NCBI GenBank assembly: GCA_051744925.1
Contig: JBNJDM010000002.1
Span: forward strand, 645-64,644
DNA length: 64,000 nt
Origin: Thermodesulfobacteriota bacterium
GTDB lineage: Bacteria > Desulfobacterota > Desulfobacteria > Desulfobacterales > JACKCP01
Direction: 5' to 3'
The notes beneath the pieces are model-generated. The model had not been told where the DNA came from. It saw only the letters and a list, made by a program, of their open reading frames with translations, and searched no databases. The position numbers and the translations under genes were made by a program. Positions within the stretch are counted from its first letter, which is position 1. Each line of letters opens with the position of its first letter. Shown piece by piece: positions 8,978 to 19,239 of the stretch.

Positions 8978-9790
8978 TTGGCAGAAAAAAATTTCGGCAA
9001 TTATTCCGGGCAAAACCTTATACTGCTGGCAGACGATAACCCTATTAACCAGGAAATGGTAAAAAAAATTCTTGTTAATTACGGTTATAAGGTTTTAACT
9101 GCGCTTAACGGCAGTGAAGTTCTTGATCTTATCTTTAGCAAAACAGAATTTGACCTTATACTTCTTGATATTAATATGCCTGTTCTTAACGGTATTGACA
9201 CTGCCAGAAAAATAAGAAGCTCGGAAAATGAAGAAATAAAAAATATTCCTATAGTTGCACTTACAGGTAATGAAACAAAGCTTGAAATTCAGGAAATTTA
9301 CCAGTCAGGTATAAACAGCTATGTAGCCAAGCCGGCATCACCTGAGCAGCTCATCGACATAGTAAGTAAAAGCATAAGAAACCCTTTTTTTTCAAATAAA
9401 AAATCAGATGACCTCTTTGTGCCTGAATCAATTAAAAAACGTGAAAATGAACAAAGTGAAATAGATATAAACCAGGGTGTTTTATACGTAGGAAACGATC
9501 TTAAAATTTTTAAAAAACTCCTTTCAAGATTTTATACAAATTATGCGGATTATCTGACAAAAATTAACAAATTAATAGAACAAAACGATTATAAAAATCT
9601 TAAATTTGCCATCCATAACTTAAAAGGAACTTCTGCGCAGATATGTGCGGTCAACCTTTACCGTGAAACAGCAATTATTGAAGAAAAAATAAAAAATAAT
9701 TTAAACAGCCTGACAAATGAAGATATTGAAAATCTTAATCTTTATTTCAAAAAAACTATGGAATCGATAAACAAAATACTCTCACCCTGA
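8978..9790 (+). CDS. Response-regulator receiver plus Hpt phosphotransfer domain protein
   Basis: 270 aa with a TTG start. REC motifs LLADDN, LLDINMPVLNG, ALTGN and AKP; C-terminal Hpt motif AIHNLKGTSAQI. Confidence 0.85.
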   Translation: MAEKNFGNYSGQNLILLADDNPINQEMVKKILVNYGYKVLTALNGSEVLDLIFSKTEFDLILLDINMPVLNGIDTARKIRSSENEEIKNIPIVALTGNETKLEIQEIYQSGINSYVAKPASPEQLIDIVSKSIRNPFFSNKKSDDLFVPESIKKRENEQSEIDINQGVLYVGNDLKIFKKLLSRFYTNYADYLTKINKLIEQNDYKNLKFAIHNLKGTSAQICAVNLYRETAIIEEKIKNNLNSLTNEDIENLNLYFKKTMESINKILSP

Positions 9791-9877
9791 AATTATCTGA
9801 AAAAGTGGAAACAAAGGATTTTTTGATTTCCCTTTTATAAAATAAATTTATGCTTTAAAGTGTAAAGATTTATTAAC

Positions 9878-10531
9878 ATGACAGGACAGACAATGGACAG
9901 AATTGAAAAACTTGAACAATTATACGAACTTCATGAAAAATGGATAAATAACAATAACTACTTTTGTAAGAAAGGGTGTGCAAAATGCTGCACATTAAAT
10001 GTTGCTGCAACCTCTCTTGAAGCTGAGCTTATAATAAAAAAGGCCGGCCCGAGCTATATTAAAATGCCTGAAAAAATTATGGAGTATGAAAGGTTTCATC
10101 CGACTACTACTACTAATAAAATTGCAAATCTTGCCATTGAAAACATAGACCCTCCTGAGGAATATTTACCGCAGTCGGATATTAAATGTCCTTATCTGGA
10201 TAATAATGAATGTATTATTTATGATATAAGACCTCTGGCATGCAGAATACAGCTTTCACAACAAGACTGCGGCCAAAGTAAAATTGCAGTAATTGATGAA
10301 AAAACTATGACAATAAACACTGTATTTCAGCAATATATCGAACTTCTTGACCATGACGGATTAAGCGGAAATATATTCGATCTTTTAGTTCATGGAAGCA
10401 ACCCTGTATTTACATCAAAATTTATAAACAATGAAATACCAAAAGCTGTAATGGTTCCGCCTGAATTCAGAGAAGAGCTAAAACAACTTATAAAAGAAAT
10501 ACATGAAATAATTTATGCAGGACAAAACTGA
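9878..10531 (+). CDS. YkgJ-family (UPF0153, CxxCxxCC) cysteine-cluster protein, paralog 1
   Basis: 217 aa. CKKGCAKCC and CPYLDNNECIIYDIRPLACR. Confidence 0.75.
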   Translation: MTGQTMDRIEKLEQLYELHEKWINNNNYFCKKGCAKCCTLNVAATSLEAELIIKKAGPSYIKMPEKIMEYERFHPTTTTNKIANLAIENIDPPEEYLPQSDIKCPYLDNNECIIYDIRPLACRIQLSQQDCGQSKIAVIDEKTMTINTVFQQYIELLDHDGLSGNIFDLLVHGSNPVFTSKFINNEIPKAVMVPPEFREELKQLIKEIHEIIYAGQN

Positions 10532-10573
10532 TGTTATTTTCTAATTGCTTCTAAAATAAAACATTTTTTTTCC

Positions 10574-11641
<1,068 letters not shown>

Positions 11642-11707
11642 TTAAACAATTTCCGGTTTCATCTTATCTGCACAATAAAATTATTCAGTACTGAGCCTTT
11701 ACAAAAC

Positions 11708-12193
11708 CTATATCCATGAGGTCAGAAAAACCGCCTCACCATTTAATAAATTTACTTTAATTAAATCTGTGTTTTCTTTTACAGATTGAAACTCATTTAT
11801 AAAAGAACTGTAATTTAAAATTTCGGGAATATTAAGTCTGTAATCACTTCCCTTATAACAGTCAGCAAGAACACTTCCTATTATCATGTTAAGCATCTCT
11901 TTAAAAGTTTCCATGCAGTCATTTCCACCGACCTTCTCTCTTCCTGTAAAGTCTTTGGTAAGCTCTTCAAGAGATTTATACAAAAAAGCTGAATATAATT
12001 TTACATTAACATCACCTGTAACAGAAATTTCAGATATAACAGTACTTTTTGATTTAAAAAAAGGCACAGCATAATTTAGTGAACAATTTTCATCAAACTC
12101 TACAGGAGAAAAAAACATTGAAGAAAGAACTTCAGAAATCGAGTCCTTCATCAAACGGTTCCAGTTCTGTTTCATCATCTCCCCTTTTTCCAA
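11708..12193 (-). CDS. CheX/CheC-like putative CheY-P phosphatase
   Basis: 161 aa. N-terminal ISEVLSSMFF segment and KEMLNMIIG (ExxN)-x20-P, reminiscent of the CheC/CheX active-site motif. The ORF overlaps the cheY stop, so the real start is probably M6/M7 or M15 (12178-12151). Confidence 0.45.
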   Translation of the reverse strand: MEKGEMMKQNWNRLMKDSISEVLSSMFFSPVEFDENCSLNYAVPFFKSKSTVISEISVTGDVNVKLYSAFLYKSLEELTKDFTGREKVGGNDCMETFKEMLNMIIGSVLADCYKGSDYRLNIPEILNYSSFINEFQSVKENTDLIKVNLLNGEAVFLTSWI

Positions 12194-12563
12194 GAATTGA
12201 AATTATTTTTTCACGCACATTTTCAGGCGTAAAAGGTTTTTTGAGATAACCGGCAGCTCCCTTGCTCATAAACTCATCAACAAGTTCGTCCCTTTTCTCT
12301 GTTGTAATAATAAGCACAGGAACAGATGAAAGCACATCGTCTTTTTTCATTTCACCTATTAGCATAAGACCGTCCATGTCGGGCATATTATAATCTGTTA
12401 TCAAAAGATCAATCCACTTATCCTGAAGCATCTCAAGGGCATCTTTCCCGTTGGAAGCCTGAAGAAAAACATCTGACGCATATCCTGCCGCTTTAACAGT
12501 TTTGATAATCACCTCGCGCATAGGCGAAGAATCATCTACAACCATAATTGTAAAATTTGACAT
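12132..12563 (-). CDS. cheY: Single-domain response regulator CheY
   Basis: 143 aa. VVDDS, ITDYNMPDMDG, IITTE and LKKPF, with an acidic C-terminal tail. Confidence 0.9.
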   Translation of the reverse strand: MSNFTIMVVDDSSPMREVIIKTVKAAGYASDVFLQASNGKDALEMLQDKWIDLLITDYNMPDMDGLMLIGEMKKDDVLSSVPVLIITTEKRDELVDEFMSKGAAGYLKKPFTPENVREKIISILGKRGDDETELEPFDEGLDF

Positions 12564-12580
12564 AAATTATCCCATACCTT

Positions 12581-13429
12581 TTAAGCGCTTTTGATTAATG
12601 ACTCAAGTTCATTTACTGATTCTGCAAAATCTGCCATCATGACCTGCAAATCCTGATGTGAAAAACCGAGTCTTTGCATTGAATTTTCATCAAATCTATA
12701 TGCAAGCCCATCATCTCCAACACCGATTCCAAGCATCAGGCATATATTATGTGAAAAATATACAATATCAGACTCAATTGGAACTCCGGCGCCTTCACCT
12801 GGATTAAAAGATGTTCTTACTATAGAAATCACTTCACCTGGGAAACCCCATTTTTTCATTATCAGAGCACTTAACTCTCCCTGATTAATACCAAGAATCT
12901 TTTTTTCAGCTTCATCAAAACTGTATCCGTTTTTTTCTACAAGATTTTTTATTTTACTGAGTTTATTTGCTACATAACGTCCTAGAACAACTTTCCCAAT
13001 ATCACGGAGCAAAGCGGCCGTAAAAACTCTTGGTGCTGTTTCAGGACTTTTTTCTGCTGCAATTTTACCTGCAATAACAGCTGCGCTTGCAGATTTTTTC
13101 CACAAAAAACCCTCCTGAAGTCCGTACCCGGGCTGAACTCCTTTATAATTTTTTGAGCTGCAGCTCATGAGTACAAGATTAATAATCCTGTCAAGTCCAA
13201 GGATTCCAACCGCATCTTTTAAGGATTCAACCTTCCTGTTCAAACCAAAATATGCTGAATTACTCATTTTAATTATATTAGCTGTTATCATTGGATCATA
13301 TTTTATTACTTCAGCAATTTCAGACATTTTAGATTCAGGCTGTCCCGAAAGACTTAAAACTCTGTGGGCAATATCAGGGAAAGGCTCAAGTTCATCTATA
13401 TCGCTCAGCAAATGATCTATAAATTTCAT
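12581..13429 (-). CDS. HDOD domain protein embedded in the che operon
   Basis: 282 aa. IAEVIKYDPMITANIIKMSNSAYFGLNRKVESLKDAVGILGL is a typical HDOD core, and LLRDIGK is present. 4-nt overlap with cheD. Confidence 0.8.
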   Translation of the reverse strand: MKFIDHLLSDIDELEPFPDIAHRVLSLSGQPESKMSEIAEVIKYDPMITANIIKMSNSAYFGLNRKVESLKDAVGILGLDRIINLVLMSCSSKNYKGVQPGYGLQEGFLWKKSASAAVIAGKIAAEKSPETAPRVFTAALLRDIGKVVLGRYVANKLSKIKNLVEKNGYSFDEAEKKILGINQGELSALIMKKWGFPGEVISIVRTSFNPGEGAGVPIESDIVYFSHNICLMLGIGVGDDGLAYRFDENSMQRLGFSHQDLQVMMADFAESVNELESLIKSA

Positions 13430-13905
13430 GCAACCTTCTCCTCTTTGCCTTCGGTTCGGATAATTATATCACCTGAATCTACTTTTATAATTACTGTACG
13501 GTTTACATTTCCTCCTATGGCTTCATAATCTGCAAATACATTGTTTCTGAAAAACATTTTCTTTACAGCCATGTAGTTTCTCTTGCCAATATTAAAAAAA
13601 CCTTTCTGGTCAAGAATCTGTGCTCCGCCGGCAAGAACAATTCTCATTCTTTGTTTTTTTGCACCGTACTTATAAGTCTCTTTAAAAAGTCTTGGAACAC
13701 CTGTATCAGCAAACATAAAAGGATTTTTTAAAGCTTTTCCTTTATCAAGATCCGATTCAGGAAGCATATAATGAAGAAGACCTGCAACTTTTGCATATGG
13801 ATCATAAACAGCAATACCTATACAGGAACCCAGAGAATATGTAATGAGCTCTGTATCTTTTTTATCGCTTATTTTCATATCTGCTACACCTACAACAACT
13901 CTCAA
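13426..13905 (-). CDS. cheD: Chemoreceptor glutamine deamidase CheD
   Basis: 159 aa. LGSCIGIAVYDP active-site cysteine motif and overall CheD length. Confidence 0.88.
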   Translation of the reverse strand: MRVVVGVADMKISDKKDTELITYSLGSCIGIAVYDPYAKVAGLLHYMLPESDLDKGKALKNPFMFADTGVPRLFKETYKYGAKKQRMRIVLAGGAQILDQKGFFNIGKRNYMAVKKMFFRNNVFADYEAIGGNVNRTVIIKVDSGDIIIRTEGKEEKVA

Positions 13906-13945
13906 ATAACCACCTCCGTAAGCCGTAGCTTACTGAAAAAGAGAA

Positions 13946-16087
13946 TCAAATTTCAGCCCATTCAAAAAGTCCGGACATATCAATAATAAGACCGACTGTA
14001 CCATCTCCAAGTATTGCTCCGCCTGAAAAAACTTTTGTATTTTTAAATAGAGTGCCAAGGTTTTTTATTACAAATTCATCTTTACCAAGAAGTTCATCAA
14101 GAAGAAGTCCGCATCTTGCCCCTTTATTTTCTACAATAAGAACAAGAAGATTTTTATTTGCATCGTCATATTGAGTATTGCAAACCTTATCAAGCCTTAT
14201 AAGAGGAACAATCTCCCCTCTTGCCTTTATCATTTCACCTTTTTGCTCAACTGTAAAATAACTGCTTTCTGCAAAAGGAAAAGCTTCAAGAATGCTCATT
14301 GTAGGCACGATATACTTCTCATTTCCAACTCTTATAAGCATCCCGTCTATAATAGCCATTGTAAGAGGAAGTCTGATTGTAAACCTTGTCCCTTTATCCG
14401 ATTCCGACATTATATCAAGACGTCCTTTGAGTTTATTTATGGCCTCCTTAACAACATCCATACCTACACCACGTCCTGAGACATCGGTTACATTTTCTGT
14501 GGTTGAAAAACCCGGATGAAAAATAAGATTAAAAATTTCATTTTCCGATAATTTTTCATTTTCTGATATAATCCCTTTTTGCCGTGCTTTGGCAAGAAGG
14601 TTTTCTTTATTAAGACCTTTTCCGTCGTCTATTATTTCGATAACTATATTGCCGGCTTTGTGATAAGAGGAAAGTGTTATATGACCCTGTTCAGATTTTC
14701 CTTTTTCGGTCCTTTCCAAAGGAGTTTCAATCCCGTGGTCAACTGAATTTCTTACCATATGAACAAGAGGTTCATACAAAGCATCAACCATATTCCTGTC
14801 TACTTCTGTATCTTTTCCTTCCATGGAAAGTTCAACTTTTTTCCCAAGGTTTGAAGATACATCCCTTACGACTCTTATCATTTTCTGAAAAGTTGTTCCT
14901 ATGGGAACCATTCGCATGGACATCGATATCTTCTGCACAGATGACACTATCTGGTTCATTTGTCCCAAAGACTGAACCAGCATGTTGTCAGAATCTTCAT
15001 AATTTTTTGCAAGCTCTTTTAAAATAGACTGGGCAATTACAAGCTCTCCTGTGAGATCTACAAGACTGTCAAGCTTTTCTGTATCTACTTTTACTGAGTA
15101 ATTGTTTTTTCTTGTATTTTTTTGTTTCCTCAGAGCTTTAGCAACATCTTTTTCAGACGCCTGATTTTTTTCTACAAGTATTTCACCTATTTTTTTCTCA
15201 GGATGTTTTTTCTGCTCATCAAGAGAAGATTCAATATCTTCAGGGCTTGCACTTTGGTTACTTACGAGCATTTCTCCAATAGGCTGGTCTTCAGGAGGAT
15301 TTAATATTTTTTCAAGTGTACCGAGAAAAGTGTCTATATTCCAGACTGTATCCGGAAGAGTATTATTTGAATTTATTGAACTCTGAATCTCTACCAGCAT
15401 TTTTTTCATTATATCTATGGAATCAAGAATTACATCTGTTATCTCAGATTCAGGCGCTGTATAACCCTGCCTTATATTATCAAGAAGAGTTTCGGTTTTA
15501 TGTGCAAGGGAATTTATAACAGGAAGATCAAGAAAACCTGACACACCTTTAATTGTATGAAATGCCCTGAAAACGCTATTTATAAGAGTTTTATCACCAG
15601 GGGCATCTTCAAGAGAAATCAGATCAACTTCAGCATTTTCAAGATTTTCAAGACTTTCGCCTGCAAATTCAATATATAGCTGAATATCTTCGGCTGCAGG
15701 TTCTTCCTTTTCAGGGCTTGCTCCCGGAACATCTTCTGCAGTTTGATCTATTTGTATGTCACATTTTATATTCTTAAGGGTCTGTTTAAGTTTATCATGA
15801 TCAGGTCCATTATCTTTTTTATATTCTGTGAGTATTATATGAAAAATTTCAACACTTTCTTCGAGAGGTGACATATCTGTTTCTTCTTCAAGAATAAGTT
15901 TTTCAACATATTCTTTAAGGCAAAGGCTTAATTCTTTAACATAAGGAAATTCTGTTTTTTCAAGAAAATCAAACAGCTTAAGAAGTGCTCCCATGGCCGG
16001 TATATCACCCGGATCTGCAATAATCACCTGAGCTGCAAGATCCTCAACAAGCTTTTCAACTCCGGAGTCAAAACTATCTTCGTTCAT
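13946..16087 (-). CDS. cheA: Chemotaxis histidine kinase CheA with an N-terminal extension, an atypical P2 region and a C-terminal CheW-like domain
   Basis: 713 aa. Hpt FRAFHTIKGVSGFL; kinase core HMVRNSVDHGIE, DDGKGL and GRGVGMDVV; C-terminal CheW-like domain. Confidence 0.93.
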   Translation of the reverse strand: MNEDSFDSGVEKLVEDLAAQVIIADPGDIPAMGALLKLFDFLEKTEFPYVKELSLCLKEYVEKLILEEETDMSPLEESVEIFHIILTEYKKDNGPDHDKLKQTLKNIKCDIQIDQTAEDVPGASPEKEEPAAEDIQLYIEFAGESLENLENAEVDLISLEDAPGDKTLINSVFRAFHTIKGVSGFLDLPVINSLAHKTETLLDNIRQGYTAPESEITDVILDSIDIMKKMLVEIQSSINSNNTLPDTVWNIDTFLGTLEKILNPPEDQPIGEMLVSNQSASPEDIESSLDEQKKHPEKKIGEILVEKNQASEKDVAKALRKQKNTRKNNYSVKVDTEKLDSLVDLTGELVIAQSILKELAKNYEDSDNMLVQSLGQMNQIVSSVQKISMSMRMVPIGTTFQKMIRVVRDVSSNLGKKVELSMEGKDTEVDRNMVDALYEPLVHMVRNSVDHGIETPLERTEKGKSEQGHITLSSYHKAGNIVIEIIDDGKGLNKENLLAKARQKGIISENEKLSENEIFNLIFHPGFSTTENVTDVSGRGVGMDVVKEAINKLKGRLDIMSESDKGTRFTIRLPLTMAIIDGMLIRVGNEKYIVPTMSILEAFPFAESSYFTVEQKGEMIKARGEIVPLIRLDKVCNTQYDDANKNLLVLIVENKGARCGLLLDELLGKDEFVIKNLGTLFKNTKVFSGGAILGDGTVGLIIDMSGLFEWAEI

Positions 16088-16102
16088 ACATACCCCTTTT
16101 AA

Positions 16103-16936
16103 CTATTTCTGATATATTGTGGGCTCTACATATTTGAATTTATGATTAATATTCATAAGGCTTTCAGAATGCCCTACAAAGAGAAATCCCCCGGGTTTCA
16201 ATATGTCATAAAATTTATTTATTACTGTTGCCTGAATTTTTTTTTCAAAATATATCATTACATTTCTGCAGAATATAAAATCGAAGGAAGTATCATAAGT
16301 ATAAGGCTGCATAAGATTAAATCTCATAAAATCTATTTTTTTTCTTAATTTTTTCTGAATCCTCACATATCCCTTTCTCTTCCCTGTACCTTTCTGAAAA
16401 TACTTTCTTAAAGTCTGCTGATCTATTCCTGCGGTTTTTAAAATATCATAAATTCCTGCATCAGCTTTTAAAAGGACATCTGTGGATATATCTGTGGCTG
16501 TAATACGAAAGTCATAGCCAGGCATCGATTCAATCCATGAATCAATAACCATTGCTATTGTATAAGGTTCCTCACCTGTAGAGCATCCTGCACTCCAGGC
16601 ATTTATAGTTTTATTATTATCAAGATTTTTTACTATCTGACTCAAGCCTCTTTTTTCAAGAAAATCAAAATGTTTTTTTTCTCTGAAAAAGCTGGTCAGA
16701 TTGGTGGATACGGCATTAAGAAGATTTATAAGCTCTTCGCCTGAATCTTCAAGCATTGATTTGTAAACTCTGAATTCGGATATGTTCAGATCTCTCAGAC
16801 GTTTTGCAAGCCTTGACCTGACAAGCTCCTTTTTACCTTCGTGGAGATTGATTCCGCATTCATCATATACAAGTTTTCTTATATAATTAAAATCATTGTC
16901 CCGCAGTTCAAAATTTTTATTCCCGAATCCAGTCAT
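16103..16936 (-). CDS. cheR: Chemotaxis protein methyltransferase CheR
   Basis: 277 aa. TNLTSFFRE, AWSAGCSTGEEPYTIAM and FCRNVMIYF motifs. Confidence 0.92.
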   Translation of the reverse strand: MTGFGNKNFELRDNDFNYIRKLVYDECGINLHEGKKELVRSRLAKRLRDLNISEFRVYKSMLEDSGEELINLLNAVSTNLTSFFREKKHFDFLEKRGLSQIVKNLDNNKTINAWSAGCSTGEEPYTIAMVIDSWIESMPGYDFRITATDISTDVLLKADAGIYDILKTAGIDQQTLRKYFQKGTGKRKGYVRIQKKLRKKIDFMRFNLMQPYTYDTSFDFIFCRNVMIYFEKKIQATVINKFYDILKPGGFLFVGHSESLMNINHKFKYVEPTIYQK

Positions 16937-17402
16937 TTAAATCCTGTTTTTAAAAAAATTATTCTAAATAGCTCATACAAAAGTTTCTTTAATTTTCCCG
17001 GATTGACGCAGACAAAAGATTCAAAATCGACTTAATATTTTGATATTTCTAATAAATTTACACTCAGATATTTTTACTGCTCAACAAAAGTTTTTTGTTA
17101 ATTCTTCATAGAGAACAATGTTAACTCAAAAATTGATAAAAATAAACTTTTTATCACTAAAAAGTAACAATTCAGGACAAAGTATAATTTATGAGTTTAA
17201 ATAATTGTTCAGTTACTTGGGTTTGAAAAAGTTAAGAAACGACGCAGCATGCCTCAGGTTTGTCCGGACTTAACCGGGCTTAAAAATTACTTAAAATACA
17301 TTAAAGAAAAAATTTGGTATTTGAGACAAATCTTTGGAGTATTTCAACAGATATTTTTATATCTGCTCAAAAGAGGTGGGCCAAAAAAGTTTTACACAGT
17401 AC

Positions 17403-17437
17403 CCCGGATAATAGTACCCTGGATAATAGTATCCGGG
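17403..17437 (-). terminator. Hairpin immediately after the GGDEF gene stop (weak terminator candidate) containing an 11-nt tandem duplication
   Basis: CCCGGATA (17403-17410) pairs with TATCCGGG (17430-17437). GGATAATAGTA occurs twice (17406-17416 and 17421-17431). The T-run is only about 17 nt further downstream on the minus strand. Confidence 0.3.
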
Positions 17438-17438
17438 C

Positions 17439-18488
17439 TCAGTATGCAACATCTGTGTTTTTACCGCAAACTCTGATAAGATTGGACATAACCTTGTTTC
17501 TTCCTGATTCTTTTGCCTTGTAAAGCAGACTATCGGCTTTTTTAAGCATATCTTCAGGACCTGAACTTCCTTTAAAAGAAGAAACACCAAAACTTGCAGT
17601 AACCTTTATTTCTTTATCTTCTGACTTAAATTTTTCAGAGGCTATACTTGTTCTTAATCTCTGTGCCAAAACAAATGCCTTATAAGTACTTGTCTCGGGT
17701 AAAATAAGAACAAATTCTTCTCCTCCGTACCTGAAAAAATTATCTTCTTCCCTTATTAAGCCTCTTATTCTTTGGGATAAACCGGTAAGAATATCATCTC
17801 CTGCCTGATGACCGTGTGTATCATTTATTTGCTTAAAAAAATCTATGTCAAACATTATAAGACTGAAATCTTTTTCATATCTTTTGCATTCAGAAAACTG
17901 CTCATTAATCTTTTTCTCAAGCTCTCTTCTGTTATAACAGCCTGTAAGCGGATCAACAGATGCCGCATCTTTAAGTTCCTGGATGCTTATATATTTGGAT
18001 ACCGCATTCCCAAGACCAAAAACAATGTCTGATATAATATCTGAATGATACCTGCTTATAACTTTTTTTCCGGGAAGAATGTATAGTTTTGCCTGAAAAT
18101 TATCTCCGGAAAAAGACTTGCCGAAAAGATCGTCTCTTACATTTTTTTCCTTTAAAAGCCCTGTTTTAGAAACATTAACCGGATACATAGAAATATTTTC
18201 ATCAAAAGAGAAATCTTTTTCTATTACCGAGGTAATAGTGTCTTTAAAAACCGAAGGTTCAACCCATACCATCATTTTACCTTTTGCCTTAACAGCAAGG
18301 GCAAAAAACTCATGGTCGAATATATCATTTATGCATTTTGAAAGTTCACTTGTAATACTTTCAAAGTCTGAAGCCTTATGAACATCAATAAGATATTTGT
18401 TAAGGCGCTTATAGTCCCTTAATCTGGAAAAACCTAGAAAACCTGCCATGGATAATGTAAAATTAGATTTTGATTCATTTGTCGCCAT
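17439..18488 (-). CDS. Diguanylate cyclase (GAF-like N-terminal sensor plus GGDEF domain with intact I-site)
   Basis: 349 aa. DPLTGCYNRR and RYGGEEF, with REED (RxxD) five residues upstream of GGEEF. Confidence 0.88.
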   Translation of the reverse strand: MATNESKSNFTLSMAGFLGFSRLRDYKRLNKYLIDVHKASDFESITSELSKCINDIFDHEFFALAVKAKGKMMVWVEPSVFKDTITSVIEKDFSFDENISMYPVNVSKTGLLKEKNVRDDLFGKSFSGDNFQAKLYILPGKKVISRYHSDIISDIVFGLGNAVSKYISIQELKDAASVDPLTGCYNRRELEKKINEQFSECKRYEKDFSLIMFDIDFFKQINDTHGHQAGDDILTGLSQRIRGLIREEDNFFRYGGEEFVLILPETSTYKAFVLAQRLRTSIASEKFKSEDKEIKVTASFGVSSFKGSSGPEDMLKKADSLLYKAKESGRNKVMSNLIRVCGKNTDVAY

Positions 18489-18725
18489 AAAATATCTCCT
18501 GAAATTTTATTTTGACAACACTTAATTCAAATTGCATGCCAAAGATACTAAACCACCAGGATATTTTTAATATTACTTTTTAAATCAAAATGTTAAATCA
18601 AAAAAATCAAATTTGCTCTTTTATCCAGATAAACTATCTGGAGTAATATTTATGACTTTAAGAGAATCTTTTTCCTTTTATCAGGTAAAGCCAGGGGTAT
18701 AGTCCACAATATAACCGCTACTTCA

Positions 18726-18984
18726 ACATTCCCAAGCAGGAGCTCTGCCCTTTACCCACGAAATTCATTCAGGCATATTATCCCAAACTAATTTCTCAAG
18801 CTAACACTGGCAACTTATATCTGGTCACATAAAATACAGGCTCCCAAGCAGGAGCTTGGGAGCCAGCAGTCTGAGAGAATCTATCCTGTAAAGTAACCTG
18901 TGAATTTACTGCCAGCCGGCAACCGGGCTCGTTCCCAAGCTCCTGCTTGGGAATGTAACTTAAGCATTTGTGGGTAAAGGGCAG
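18726..18984. repeat. MITE-like non-coding element / nested inverted repeats with three copies of a CCCAAGC-loop-GCTTGGG hairpin module
   Basis: Perfect 15-bp inverted repeat: CTGCCCTTTACCCAC (18745-18759) and GTGGGTAAAGGGCAG (18970-18984). Perfect 19-bp inverted repeat: ACATTCCCAAGCAGGAGCT (18726-18744) and AGCTCCTGCTTGGGAATGT (18938-18956). Central perfect hairpin GGCTCCCAAGC-AGGA-GCTTGGGAGCC (18839-18864). Confidence 0.65.
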
Positions 18985-19239
18985 GTATGAACTTGAGTAC
19001 CATGGAAACAGGCTGTTCAAAACAAAAGAATTGGCAGCAAGACATGGTCTTGTATGACTCCCTACCCTAAAAATCATGTTGAATATTAATCCGACAATAA
19101 AATGGCATTAAAAAAGATTTTGACAATTTTATGACACAAGCTTGCAAATCTCTATTCTCGTTGTTAATTTATCTCATTACTTAGTTATTCAGTTTAATTT
19201 TTTAAGCTGAATATTTTTCAGTCAAAAGGAGACAGTTTT

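Noticed and set aside
17249-17590. Overlapping ORFs of 69-77 aa in the cheR-GGDEF spacer and at the GGDEF 3' end.
   Set aside because: They are mutually overlapping in different frames, lack RBS, and partly overlap the well-supported GGDEF gene. The spacer is better explained as che promoter plus GGDEF terminator region.
18726-18984. Repeated hairpin units that might be a small CRISPR array.
   Set aside because: There are only three copies. They lie in mixed orientation, one is truncated, spacing is irregular (about 95 and 70 nt) and no cas genes are present. The pattern is inverted-repeat/MITE-like, not repeat-spacer.
18796-19077. 93-aa ORF on the minus strand across the repeat region.
   Set aside because: It runs straight through the palindromic repeats, has no RBS and an odd composition. 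It is an expected by-product of GC-richer non-coding sequence.
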